Source: an uncultured delta proteobacterium
GTDB lineage: Bacteria; Desulfobacterota; Zymogenia; Zymogenales; Zymogenaceae
Reading direction: 5' to 3'
Length of the DNA: 64,000 bases
Assembly: GCA_963735595.1 (NCBI GenBank)
Contig: CAVTLK010000005.1
Span: forward strand, 32,001-96,000
Below the pieces are notes generated by a model that saw nothing but the letters and a program-made list of their open reading frames with translations, ran no database searches and had not been told where the DNA came from. Within the stretch, counting starts at the first letter, position 1, and each line of letters begins with the position of its first letter. The translations under genes were made by a program, and so were the position numbers. Below, piece after piece: positions 29,430 to 41,300 of the stretch.

Positions 29430-29969
29430 ATGAAATCACTTCGATATTTAGAGAGGGAAGAGCGGTTCATCGAATCTCTGCTCGAAATGCTCGACTATTT
29501 TACCCAACGGATTGATGACAGGAAGGACGTCCCGCCCTATATGTTCAAGGAAATCATAGAACTCCTCCAGACATATATCAACGTATCCCATCGAACGAGA
29601 GAGGAGATGATCCTGGCGTTTCTCGACACCTCGGGGACATACGCCCCGAGCCAGGAGTGCGACCAGATCCACGCCAGCCTCAGGAAATACGAACGTTTTC
29701 TGCTCAGGGTCATCGAGGCCTACGACCTTGGTTACCAGGGGGCAAAGGGGATTCTTGCCTGCTACACCAAACGGTACACGCTAATCCTCAGGCAACACAT
29801 CAAGTTCGAAAGCGAGCTGCTCACACGGTGGGTCAATGACCAGGAACATCGGGACGTGGAGGTTCTCAAACAATTCAAGAAAATAGACTACGGAGTGAAA
29901 AGGATCAGGGAGCGCGGCATCGTCAGGATGGAGGCCTTAAAAAGGGAATCGCTGACGGTAACGGCGTAG
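29430..29969 (+). CDS. Hemerythrin (HHE)-like domain protein, degenerate
   Basis: Helical pattern SHRTREEMIL...LRQHIKFE. GGAGG RBS. Confidence 0.65.
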   Translation: MKSLRYLEREERFIESLLEMLDYFTQRIDDRKDVPPYMFKEIIELLQTYINVSHRTREEMILAFLDTSGTYAPSQECDQIHASLRKYERFLLRVIEAYDLGYQGAKGILACYTKRYTLILRQHIKFESELLTRWVNDQEHRDVEVLKQFKKIDYGVKRIRERGIVRMEALKRESLTVTA

Positions 29970-30147
29970 TGAAAGAGATACGCAAAAGAGGGTCGAATAC
30001 AAGGGTTTCGGAATCTGCCTTGGGCCATTGTGCTGAAATGTCTGTATGCGCAGGAAATTTGAATTATCGGCCGATACGCTGATCACCGAGACCGAACCAT
30101 TCTTTACATTGTCTCAAGTACCCATACGGTACTTTTGGCCGAAATGG

Positions 30148-30570
30148 ATGAACCTATTTTTTTACATTCCCACTAAAGAGATCCATGAATCGTTATTAGT
30201 GCGATTAATCAAGGAACGGATTCCCCAATTCCGGATCGAGATCTTCAGATCTACCAAGGATTTCAAAGCCAAACTCAACGAACTGCGCTACGAATTTACC
30301 GTTGCCATTGTATTTGCCCCGAACCGTCAAGACATCTCGGACGTCTTATCGCTCGAACATTTCCTGCGGGACATCCAGATCATCCTCATCATATCTCACG
30401 AGAACCACGGCACCCTTTCAATGGCGCATTTTTTGAAGCCGCGTTTCATAAGCTATTTTTCGCACGTTTCGAAAGAGATAGACGTCGGAGAGATCACTTC
30501 CGTCCTTCAAAAAATGTTCGACCATCGGATGTCCTATCCCTACATGGCTAAAACATCCCCAAATATTTAA
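30148..30570 (+). CDS. Hypothetical protein, possible degenerate receiver-like fold
   Basis: Alternating beta/alpha pattern (RIEIFRS, VAIVFA, IILII, AHFLKPRFISY) with no canonical phospho-Asp. Start uncertain (30046 or 30148). Confidence 0.55.
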   Translation: MNLFFYIPTKEIHESLLVRLIKERIPQFRIEIFRSTKDFKAKLNELRYEFTVAIVFAPNRQDISDVLSLEHFLRDIQIILIISHENHGTLSMAHFLKPRFISYFSHVSKEIDVGEITSVLQKMFDHRMSYPYMAKTSPNI

Positions 30571-30926
30571 AAAAACCGCTCGTCCCTTTCGGCAAAGAAT
30601 CAGTACGTATGCCTTGCCTCAGACCCCCATGAGTCAGTCAAAAACACAATTACCAGTGAGTGTGATCGGGTTATACGACAGATCCCTGTAACAGCGACCT
30701 ATCCGAAAGGTCCCGGCAAATCGCGACCCGCCTACCAAAAAAGCTTTACAACTATGCACGTATTGTAAAAATACTGTTGCATTTCGGCGATAGATATATT
30801 AACATATTTACCGCGTTCTGCTCTTAACTATTGTGATTATTACGTTATTTGTGCGGCGCTTCATGAGTAATAGCTAGAATTACTTATAGTATTCCACGTA
30901 TTCTTATTCTCGATGGATTGTCAAAG

Positions 30927-32345
30927 ATGGCAAAGGTTCTGATTATCGACCGGGACGAGAGCTTCGCGGAAATAGTATCGTCAAAGGCGCAAGAAACAAG
31001 GCATGCCGCCGTGTATTCCCGCAGCCTGCAGGACGGCCTGAAGAAGGCATTCTCGGACGCATTTGACCTGGTGTTTCTCAGCACCGGTATGCCCGACGGC
31101 AGCTGGATGCCCGCGTTGAAAAAAATTGCCCATGCACCTTCGGCGCCCGAAGTCGTTGTCATAACCGAATCGATCGATCCAAATGAAGCGTCGTACGCTT
31201 TCAATAACGGGGCATGGGATTATATAGAGAAATCCTATTCCAGGGATACCATCCTGTTGCATATCGTCCGCGCCGTTCAATACCGCGCGAAAAAGGTATT
31301 CAGTAGGCCCTCGGCCTCGCTTAAGATTGAGACCTTTCATAAAATCGTCGGGCACAGCACCCAGATACAATCTTGTCTTGACCTCATAGCTCAGGCATCC
31401 AGGAGCGATTCCCCGATTCTCATCAACGGCGAGACGGGCACGGGGAAGGAAGTCTTCGCCTGTGCGATTCATAAGAACAGCCAGCGCGCCGGTAAGAATT
31501 TTGTGGTTGTCGACTGCGCCGCCCTGCCGGAGACCCTCGTTGAGAGCACGCTCTTTGGGCATGAGAAGGGGGCCTTTACGGGAGCGGACCGGGCCCAGGA
31601 AGGCCTTGTACATCAGGCCGATGGAGGCACCCTTTTCCTCGATGAGATTGGAGAGCTTCCCCAGGAGATTCAAGGGACATTTCTGAGATTTCTACAGGAG
31701 CATACGTTTCGCAGTGTCGGCGGGCAGGCGGAGATAAAAAGCGATTTCAGACTCATCGCGGCCACTAACTGCGATCTCAAAGAAGCGGTGAAAATAAAGC
31801 TGTTTCGGGAAGACCTCTACTATCGGCTATCCACGTTTACTATCGAGATACCTCCCCTGAGGGAACGCAAAGAAGATATCAAGGACCTGGTGACGTACTA
31901 CATGAACGAACTGGCCACGTACCACGGTATAGAGCCTAAAACGTTTTCATCGGAATGCTTCGACGTCCTGATGAAGTACGACTGGCCGGGCAACGTCCGG
32001 GAGCTGTTCAACACCATCGAAAGGGTTATGATGGTAGCCGAGAAGGACCCCGTTATTTACCCGATGCACTTGCCCCCCTATCTCCGCATCAACGTATCCC
32101 AGAATCACACCGACGGTACGGTAACCGCGGATAAAGCGACACTCCCGAATATCGATCAATCCGAAGCCTTCCCGAGTTTCAAGGCGTTCCATGAAAACGA
32201 GGTTTCCGTGATAGAACGGGATTACCTCGAAAAACTCATGCTATTGACCCACGGAAACATCAAAGAGGCCTGTCATGTATCGGGCCTGTCCCGTTCCCGT
32301 CTCTATGCCCTCCTCAAGAAACACCTTATCTCCCATTCCGGTTAA
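30927..32345 (+). CDS. sigma-54-dependent transcriptional activator (NtrC family) with atypical receiver
   Basis: GETGTGKE, GAFTGA, TLFLDEIG, FREDLYYRL, WPGNVREL and a Fis-type HTH. Confidence 0.92.
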   Translation: MAKVLIIDRDESFAEIVSSKAQETRHAAVYSRSLQDGLKKAFSDAFDLVFLSTGMPDGSWMPALKKIAHAPSAPEVVVITESIDPNEASYAFNNGAWDYIEKSYSRDTILLHIVRAVQYRAKKVFSRPSASLKIETFHKIVGHSTQIQSCLDLIAQASRSDSPILINGETGTGKEVFACAIHKNSQRAGKNFVVVDCAALPETLVESTLFGHEKGAFTGADRAQEGLVHQADGGTLFLDEIGELPQEIQGTFLRFLQEHTFRSVGGQAEIKSDFRLIAATNCDLKEAVKIKLFREDLYYRLSTFTIEIPPLRERKEDIKDLVTYYMNELATYHGIEPKTFSSECFDVLMKYDWPGNVRELFNTIERVMMVAEKDPVIYPMHLPPYLRINVSQNHTDGTVTADKATLPNIDQSEAFPSFKAFHENEVSVIERDYLEKLMLLTHGNIKEACHVSGLSRSRLYALLKKHLISHSG

Positions 32346-32518
32346 AAAAGAGTTTTCCCGCGACACCTTTCCTTCGTAGCTGCACACAGTCCTGTTTTTC
32401 GGGACGAAATCCCGCTTTTAGAGGATTCATAACGTTTCCCTTTTTGGCATGAGCGCGGCCATGTCTGAATGTGCCGTGATGACGTACCGTTAGCGCCTTC
32501 AGCCAATGCCGTCCGGCA

Positions 32519-32534
32519 TGGCATAGAGATTGCA
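32519..32534 (+). promoter_or_regulatory. sigma-54 promoter upstream of the response regulator
   Basis: TGGCAT-AGAGA-TTGCA. An upstream imperfect palindrome GTCCTG-TTTTT-CGGGAC at ~32389-32405 is a candidate enhancer. Confidence 0.7.
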
Positions 32535-32670
32535 TTACATACGAGTACGAAATGATTATATAAATGGCCGGTGTACTCATTATGGTGACCGATGTATCTA
32601 TTTTCGAACCGGCCGAGAGTATTGTGAGTGGGTCCGGGAAGACGGTGCTGTTTAAACGGTAAGGATAAAG

Positions 32671-33303
32671 ATGTCCCAGACGAAAAAGGAAAAAGAGCGC
32701 GCCGGCACGATCCTCATCGTTGACGACGAGCCGACCATCAGGGAAGTGCTCTGGTCTCTCCTCACCGAGGAGGGATACCTCCTTGATTCCGCTGAGAACG
32801 GTCATGATGGATATGAGAAGGCGCGCAAGCTGATCCCCGACCTCATCCTCCTGGACGTTACGATGCCTGTCATGGACGGCTTTGAGGCATGCCGGAAAAT
32901 CAGGACCGAGCCGCCTCTCGCACAGGTACCCATCATCATGGTCACGGCGCTCGCCGACGCCGGATCCAGGCTTCGCAGCATCGAAAGCGGGGCGAACGAC
33001 TTTATCAGCAAGCCCTTCGACCTCGACGAGCTTTTGGCAAAGGTAAAAAGTATTACGAAAGATAATTGTTTCCGGGAACCCCCTCCAGAAAAGGAGAGAC
33101 TCGCTTTTGCTCACGAGGAGCTTCGAGACACCTGCGACGTACCCATCGAAGAACGGGCGCCGGCCCCGGAATTGCGGGGCTCCGAGGACAGAGGGGATTC
33201 CTGCCAGGATGAAGGATCAACCTCAACCGCTATATTTGGGGAAACGCCGGCCAGCCCGTATTCGTCCGACGGCGGCGTAGGAAGGAAGCGATCTATGAGA
33301 TAG
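32671..33303 (+). CDS. Response regulator receiver with a decayed/truncated output domain
   Basis: ILIVDDE, LILLDVTMPVMDG, IIMVTAL and DFISKPF, followed by a low-complexity tail. Confidence 0.8.
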   Translation: MSQTKKEKERAGTILIVDDEPTIREVLWSLLTEEGYLLDSAENGHDGYEKARKLIPDLILLDVTMPVMDGFEACRKIRTEPPLAQVPIIMVTALADAGSRLRSIESGANDFISKPFDLDELLAKVKSITKDNCFREPPPEKERLAFAHEELRDTCDVPIEERAPAPELRGSEDRGDSCQDEGSTSTAIFGETPASPYSSDGGVGRKRSMR

Positions 33304-33542
33304 GAAATTCCGGGCCGGGCGCCTCGGCCGGTGCGCCGTTAGCCCGGCGAAACGGCCGTTACCCCGGCGCATTGGCCGTTACCTATAGAGATGGTTTGCG
33401 CTAAAAGCGGTCTCCGTTCAAACCCCTTGACTCCGCAGCCCCTTCCTGCCGCGATCTCCCGCACAGGTCGTATGCTGTTTTCAGGGCATAGCAGGAGGGC
33501 GCCTTTTTCGCACTGCCGGGGGTTTAATAGAAGGAACTTGAT

Positions 33543-35084
33543 ATGAAAATCACGCTCATCGAGCCCAAAAGTCCCGATTCCCACATCTTCTCACTCTATG
33601 CCCTGCCGCGGTTGGGCACCCTGCTCCTCGGCACAATCCTCGGGGAACGGGGCCACGACGTCTCCGTCGCGGTGGAGTCGATCGAGCCGGTATCGTGGGA
33701 TAATGTGCTCGCCTCGGACCTCGTGGGGATATCCACCACCACTTCGACCGCCCCGCGGGCATACGAGATGGCCGATGCCCTCCGGTACCTCGGCGTTACC
33801 ACCGTCATGGGGGGACCGCATGTGACGTTCCTGCCCGACGAGGCTCTAACCCACGCCGATTACGTGATCAGGGGCGAAGGGGAGCGTTCGTTCCCCCTCA
33901 TGGTGGAGGCCCTTTCGGCGAAGCGCGACATGGGCGGCGTGCCGGGACTCTCCTATCAGCGGGCTGGAAAAGTCGTCCATAATCCGATCGATCCGTCGTT
34001 TGTGGATCTCAACGACCTTCCCCACCCGGACATCTCACTTATCGCCGGCGGGATATTTAAGAAACATAGATGGACCAACCGGGTGATTCCCATCCAGACT
34101 TCCCGGGGATGTCCCTATAACTGCACCTTCTGTTCGGTGACCCGGATGTTCGGGCGGAAGATGAGATATCGTGACGTGGACGTCGTCATCGAGGATCTCA
34201 GGAAATATGACGACAAACATAATTCCGTATTCTTTTACGACGATAACTTTGCGGCCGATCCGAAGAGGACGAAGCGGCTCCTCGGAAAGATGATCGACGA
34301 GGGATTCTCGTTCGTCTCTTCGGCCCAGGTGCGGGTCGACGCGGGAAAGGATCGGGAGCTTGTCGGGCTCATGCGGGACGCGGGGCTCAAGACCGTCTTC
34401 GTGGGGCTTGAGAGTATCAGCCCCGAGAGCCTCACGTGCATGAACAAAAAGCAGACGGTAGCCGACATGGAAGAGGGGCTGGCGGGTTTTGCCCGGTACG
34501 GCATCGACGTGCACGGGATGTTCGTATTCGGGTTTGACTCCGACGACAAAAAGACCCTGAGCGATACGGTCAGGTTCGCAAAGAAGAAGATGCTCGATTC
34601 CGTTCAGTTTCTCGTCCTGACGCCCTTCCCCGGGACCCCGGTCTACCATGAGCTCGAAAGGGACAGCAGGATCATGGTGAAGGACTGGAGCTTCTACGAC
34701 GGGCACCACGTCGTCTTTATCCCCAAGAAGATTTCTCCCTACAATCTGCAGAAAGCCCAGATCAAAGGGCACAGGCGTTTCTACTCAACGGTTGAGGTCG
34801 TCAGGCGCCTTTCCCGCTTCGATTTCTTCGGGGCGATGGTAGCCGCCTATGCCAAGCACCTCAGCAAGACCTGGATCAAGGAAAACCGTCTCTACCTCAA
34901 AGTGATCAGGCTGATCCAGTCGACCGAGCATTACATTGTCAGTGTCGACCTGAGACGGAAGACGGAAGACATCAGGAACGCTGTCTCCGAGGCGATCACG
35001 CGGGCGGCCGTGTCGGCCAAGCAGATAGCCGCCACCGGCTCCGCACCGGACTCGCCGGCCCATAAAGGGGTAGGGGACGATTAA
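33543..35084 (+). CDS. B12-binding domain radical SAM protein
   Basis: GGPHVTF, RGEGE, TSRGCPYNCTFC, YDDNF, GLES and LTPFPGT. Confidence 0.9.
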   Translation: MKITLIEPKSPDSHIFSLYALPRLGTLLLGTILGERGHDVSVAVESIEPVSWDNVLASDLVGISTTTSTAPRAYEMADALRYLGVTTVMGGPHVTFLPDEALTHADYVIRGEGERSFPLMVEALSAKRDMGGVPGLSYQRAGKVVHNPIDPSFVDLNDLPHPDISLIAGGIFKKHRWTNRVIPIQTSRGCPYNCTFCSVTRMFGRKMRYRDVDVVIEDLRKYDDKHNSVFFYDDNFAADPKRTKRLLGKMIDEGFSFVSSAQVRVDAGKDRELVGLMRDAGLKTVFVGLESISPESLTCMNKKQTVADMEEGLAGFARYGIDVHGMFVFGFDSDDKKTLSDTVRFAKKKMLDSVQFLVLTPFPGTPVYHELERDSRIMVKDWSFYDGHHVVFIPKKISPYNLQKAQIKGHRRFYSTVEVVRRLSRFDFFGAMVAAYAKHLSKTWIKENRLYLKVIRLIQSTEHYIVSVDLRRKTEDIRNAVSEAITRAAVSAKQIAATGSAPDSPAHKGVGDD

Positions 35085-35104
35085 CGCCCGACACATCGGT
35101 TTGG

Positions 35105-35141
35105 AAGGGGGGATGGGCAACCGAGCCCACCCCCCTTTTTC
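35105..35141 (+). terminator. Intrinsic terminator
   Basis: AAGGGGGG(A)TGGGC...GCCCACCCCCCTTTTTT. Confidence 0.75.
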
Positions 35142-35309
35142 GTAGTTTTGGCGGGTAAATGGTATATGATGGTTTCTATGATTGGCCTACCGGCGGCAAG
35201 TTGACGGACATGAGCTAAGCAAAGAGGTCAGGAAAGTATAATGGATAAGTTCCCGTTGAGGAAGCCCTATCATGGTCGGAATTCCTCTATGCTGAACCAA
35301 GGATATCGA

Positions 35310-38300
35310 ATGAAAGCGGGCACCCTCATTGCATATTTCACCAAATCGGATGAAGCGCGCAAAGCCTTCAGGACATTGCTGAGGCGGGGTTACCGCCGCG
35401 CAGCATTGATAATCAGGCATGCGGATGGAGAGGTCAGGGTATGGGATCCCTTCGGTTGGCGCCGCGCTTTCTGGGCAGTCTTGGCGTTCATTCTGTTCTG
35501 GGTTCTTTCAGTGGCTGCCTCCATGAACCTGCATTGGCCGGGGTCGATTCCAACCGGATTTGACTTCGTCCTTTTGTCGGCTCTGGCCGGCGGCTTCATT
35601 GGAATCCTGCTCAGCCTGACATGGGTCCGGCGATTGAGGTTCGGTGTCGAGCGAGGGCTGCTTAAGGATCATGCACGCTGGCTTGACACCGGTGAGACCG
35701 TCCTGATTCTCCAGGCGCCGATCGAAACGCTGGCAATCCCCATGGACGCTCTGCTGAAAAGCGGCGAGATCCCACCCACGGTCTTTGTCCTGCATCCCAG
35801 GCGTGAAAGCCCCGCCGGAAAGGATTGGAGCCCCGGAACGTCGCTCAATCCGGTGCAGCTTCAGGAGCATGCCCGGCGTCTTGCCACTGCCCACCATGTG
35901 GATCCAAAACCGATCTGGAACATCGAACTTCTCAAACGGCTCGATTGGGGCCTCGAGTGGATTCAGCAAGTTTGTCTGGATCTCTCCGAAGCGACTCGCC
36001 TGGAACAGTGCGTGCCGCCGACTACCGAGTGGCTCCTCGACAATGAATATATCCTTGAAAGCAATGCCCGCGACGTTCGGCTGAACCTACCCCGGCGTTT
36101 TTACCGGCAGCTGCCGGCGCTTGCGAATACACCCGACCGGGGACTACCGCGTATCTACGGCCTTGCTCGAGAGCTCGCCTCTCACACCGACCTGCGTCTG
36201 GATCAGGAAAACATCCTGGCCTTTATTGAGGCCTATCAATCCGTAGAACAGCTCTCGATTGGCGAACTCTGGGCAGTCCCTCAGATGCTGCGTACCGTGC
36301 TTATCGAGGGCATCCAGCAGTTCGCCGGACGAGCCCTATCGGAACTGCGTGAACGTGAAATCGCCGATTTCTGGGCGAACCGGCTTATCATGGCCAATCG
36401 GCGAGATCCCAACCAGCTCTTCTCGATTATGTCGGAGCTGACCGAATCCCAACCGAGCCCGAGCCCCTATTTCGCCGCTGCAGCTGATCGACTACCTTTA
36501 TGACGAAGAGGCCGCGCTGGCGCCGGTGCAAAGCTGGCTTGAGCGAATTTTCCACAAATCTCTGAACGAACTCAGCCTCCGAGAGAATAGCCGCGAGACA
36601 CGGGATCAAGTATCCGTCGAAAACGCCTTTACCAGCTTACGGCAACTAGCCCTGCTCGATTGGAAGGAATGTTTCGAAAAGCTCAGCCGGGTCGAGCAGA
36701 CGCTGCGGCAAGATCCCGCCGGGATTTATCCCCGGATGGATTTCGCCACGCGCGACCGGTATCGCCGGGCGATTGAGGATCTACACCGCGGGTCCGGCCT
36801 GGCGGAGGACCAGGTCGCCCGGAACGCCATAGAAATGGCAATCCAGGCCGGTCACGATTCGGCCCAAGACGAACGGTCGGTTCACGTCGGAACCTATTTG
36901 ATCGGCAAAAAAAGGGGGGATCTGGCCCAACACATCGGGTGCCGTGAGTCGTTACATTTCCGCGCCCTGCACTGGGTTTATCGTCATCACTCGGCAGTAT
37001 ACTTCCTCGGACTCGCACTTTTCTCCACCGCGTTTGTTTCCCTGCCCATACTGCTTGGCCTGCACGCCTATGCCCCTGGGATTCTAATCATAATCACGAG
37101 CCTCCTGCTCATTCCTGCCAGCCAGCTCTCACTTGAAGTGATGAACTACCTGGTGACGCGACTCTTTCCACCGCGGGTCCTGCCGAAGATGGATTTCAGT
37201 GTTTCGGGGATTCCCGATGACTGCCGGACGCTGGTAGTCGTACCCATGATGCTGTTGGATTTAGAGACGATTAAGTCTGAAGCGGAAAAACTCGAGATCC
37301 GCTATCTCGCCAATAAAGAGGCTAATCTGCTCTTTGGTCTTTTCTCGGATTACATGGATGCGCCGCAGGCCCGCCGCGCATCGGACGCGGCGCTGTTGGA
37401 GGCCGTGACCACGCATGCATCCAGGCCCTCAATCAGCGCCACGGCGATGATCGTTTCTTCCTGTTTCACCGGGAACGAAAATGGTGCGAATCCGAACAAA
37501 AATTCATAGGTTGGGAGCGTAAGCGCGGGAAGCTGGAAGAGCTCAACGGCCTGATAGATGGCACGCGGCCCCGCGGGGCGGATCGCCTGGTTTACGTCGG
37601 CGACCCGGATCAGCTGCTTCAACGTAAGGTTCGTCATTACACTGGACAGTGATACGCAATTACCGCACGACACTGCCCGCAGGATGATCGAGACTTTGTC
37701 GCACCCGCTGAACCGGGCGCGCTTCGATAGCACAGGGCATGTCGAGTCCGGTTATACCATAATCCAGCCGCGCGTCAGCCCCTCCCTGCCGAGCACGAGC
37801 GGATCGCCCTTCAGCCGGCTCTTCTCGGACCCGGTCGGTATTGACCCCTATACCAATACGGTCTCCGACGTTTATCAGGATCTGACCGGCGAAGGTTCCT
37901 ATCACGGGAAAGGCATCTATGATGTGCGCGCCTTCAACCGGGTGCTTTCCGGCAGGTTCCCCGAAGCGTGGCTCCTCAGCCATGATTTGATTGAAGGCGC
38001 TCACGTCCGGGTGGGATTGGCCAGCGATATCGAGCTTTATGATGAGTTCCCCCAGGATTACCTGAGCTACATTAAGCGCCAGCACCGCTGGATTCGCGGC
38101 GATTGGCAAATCGCGGATTGGATCATGCCACGCGTTCCTCGGGCCGGCGGTGGGCGAGTCCCCAACCCGCTGTCCTGGTTCGATCGATGGAAGATCTTCG
38201 ATAACCTGCGCCGCAGCCTGCTGCCCGTAGCCAGCCTGGCATTGCTGATGTCCTCCTGGTTCATTTCCTCCCGGGCCGGGTGGATCGCCACTGCTGTGGT

Positions 38301-41300
38301 CGCCACACAGCTGTTCTTTCACTCCCTGGCGCAGCCCGTTACCTGGGCGACAACTTCTCGGGGCTTTATGAAAGCCTCGCCCGCCAAAACAGCGCATGAT
38401 CTGCTGCGAGTGTTGGTGGAAGCGGCACTGCTTCCGTACCAGGCATGGATGGCGCTGGATGCCATTGCACGGGTCTTCTATCGACGCCACGTCTCTCATC
38501 GTGGGCTGTTGGAGTGGACTTCTGCACAGGTGACGCACGGTAATCCCCCGGCCAAAGTGCCTGTTTTTGTGCTTATAATAGGCCTGACGAGCCTGTTCTG
38601 GGTCATCGTTGGATGGGCCGTACAGTACTGGCGGCCGGCTAACCTTTGGGTGGCCGGTCCCTGGCTCATGCTCTGGTTTCTGTCTCCGGTATTCGGCTGG
38701 CTCCTCACCCGGCGACCACCGATAAAGCAGCCAAAGTTCCTGCTTCCGACAGAGGATCGGCAATTCCTGAGGACGTGTTGCCCGGCGAACCTGGCGCTAT
38801 TTCTCGGACTTCGTGACCGAAAAGACCTCATGGCTGCCGCCGGACAATTATCAGGTTTCTTACCAGGATCAACTGGCCTTGCGTACCAGTCCGACCAATA
38901 TCGGCCTCTATATGATCAGCGTGCTCAGCGCCCACGATTTCGGCTATATAACCGTCGATGAAGTTGCGCATAGGCTGACGCGGACAATGGAAACGCTTGA
39001 TAGACTGGAGCGCCATGAGGGCCATCTGCTCAATTGGTATGACATTCAAACACTGGCTCCGCTCAAACCACGCTACGTTTCCACCGTGGATAGCGGAAAT
39101 CTGCTTGGTGCCCTCTGGACACTGGACCGGGGGCTTGAGGCGCTCATGAAGGCTCCGCTGCTGGACGTAAAGGCCTTTGAGGGTCTACGCGATACCGCAG
39201 ACGTCCTGCAACAGGCCGCCCGAGAAGACAGTAATTCCGGCGTTGGATATGCATGCCCTGGATGAACTGCTGCTCACATGGGACTCGCCGCCCGACCGTG
39301 CCTCGGACGCACTGCTGCTGCTGCGGCGGACGGAACGTATCGTCGGGGAGCTGGCCGAAAAGGCACGCGGATCGGACGTCGCGCGAGAGGGTGTAGGTTA
39401 CTGGACCGGGGAGTTGGAGAAGCAGTTGGCGATCCTGGCTTAGCGATTACGGATCGTTACCTCGCCTGGATCGAAATCCTGGCCGAAAAGACGGAGGAAG
39501 ATATCGCCGGGCTTGACCCGGACGTCCTAGCGGCGTTTCGCCAGGCCCTTCAGTACGCGCCATCGCTTCTGGACCTTGCCCACGGAAACATCGCCTGCAT
39601 CGCGTCCCTCCAGGCTATCCGAGAGAAAGCTCCCGAGAACGAGCGCGCGCTCCTGGGCTGGATCGACCGCGTTATGAAGGCCTTCGAAAGGTCGAAATGG
39701 CTGGCCGGTGAGATGCTGGCTTCGTGTGAGCGGCTCATTCGGGTCGGGACGCGAGCTCTCCGAATCGATCAACATGCGCTTCCTTTACAACTCGGAACGC
39801 CGCATATTTTCGATCGGTTTTAATGTTTCTGAAGGGCGCCTGGATCGCGCCTTTTACGATCTGCTGGCGAGCGAAGCGCGACTGGGAAGCTTCGTCGCCA
39901 TTGCCCGGGGGGATATTCCCGTTGAGCATTGGTTTGCCATGAGCCGGCCCTACGGCGCCATTGGTCGGCGCCGGGTGCTGCTCAGCTGGACCGGGACGAT
40001 GTTCGAATATCTGATGCCGCTGCTTTTTCAGAGATCTTACGGCAACTCGCTACTGGATAAATCCATCCGGGAAGCCGTGGCGATCCAGATCGCTTACGGC
40101 CGCAAGCAGCGGGTGCCGTGGGGGATCTCGGAGTGCGCCTTCGGGGATTTGGACCTCCAGAAAACCTATCAGTATTTTGCGTTTGGCGTACCGGAACTCG
40201 GACTCAAGCGCGGCCTGGCCGATAAGATCGTCATCGCGCCCTATGCCACCCTGTTGGCGGTGGGTATCGCACCCCGGGAAACTATGCGAAACCTGAAACG
40301 ATTGTCCGATTTGGGTCTCCTGAGCGATTACGGCTACTACGAAGCGTTGGACTACAGCAGGCAGTCCAGCCGCACGGGCGAGCGCGGGGTGATCGTGCGA
40401 GCCTACATGGCGCATCACCAGGCAATGAGTTTGCTGGCACTGGACAATTTCCTCCATGACAATAGACTCCAGCAGCACTTCCACACCGATCCGCGCGTGC
40501 GAACGGTAGAGCCTTTGCTTCATGAACGTATCCCAAACCTTCCGCCGCTGCATCACATTTCTACGCGCGAGCGGGTCTCTTCGGTGGCGAGCGTCGGCGA
40601 GGTCGCGCCTTCGGTCAGCCAATTCGAAACGCCCCATACCACGACACCCAAGACCCAACTGCTGAGCAACGGACGCTACGGCCTCATGCTGACGAACACC
40701 GGCGGTGGCTACAGCCGCTGGGGCGACTATCGAGATCACGCGTTGGCGATCGGACCGGACCAGGGATTCGTGGGGGACCTTCTGCTATATCCGCGATTTC
40801 GATTCGAACCGGCTATGGAGCAGTACCTATCAGCCAACCGGCGGGAAGGTTGATGACTATCTTGCCAACTTCACGCTGGACCGCGCCGTGTTCCGGCGCG
40901 TCGATCATGGGATAGAGAGTGAAACCGAGGTTGTCGTCACCCCGGAAGATGACGTTGAGATTCGGCGTATGACGCTGATAAATCGTTCGCTGCGCACCCG
41001 CCGACTCGATTTGACGAGTTACGTTGAGCTCTCGCTGGCGCCGCACAATGCGGATCGTCAGCATCCGGCGTTCAACAAGCTGTTCATCCAGACAGAGGCG
41101 CTTCCGGAAGAGCGAGCGCTCCTGGCCTACCGCCGGCCTCGAAGCAGCAGTGACCCGCCCATTTATGTTGCGCACCGCTTTACACTTGAGCAGACCGAGG
41201 GTGAAGCGTTGCGCTTTGAGAGCGACCGGCGCCGGTTCATCGGCCGCGGGCGAACGCTCGCCAGCCCGATGGGCGCCCTGCAGGAACCCGGTAACAGCCA

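Noticed and set aside
33543..35084. B12 radical SAM as the GRE activase or part of a biosynthetic cluster
   Set aside because: Wrong family for GRE activation. It is a stand-alone gene with its own terminator and no precursor peptide or tailoring genes nearby.
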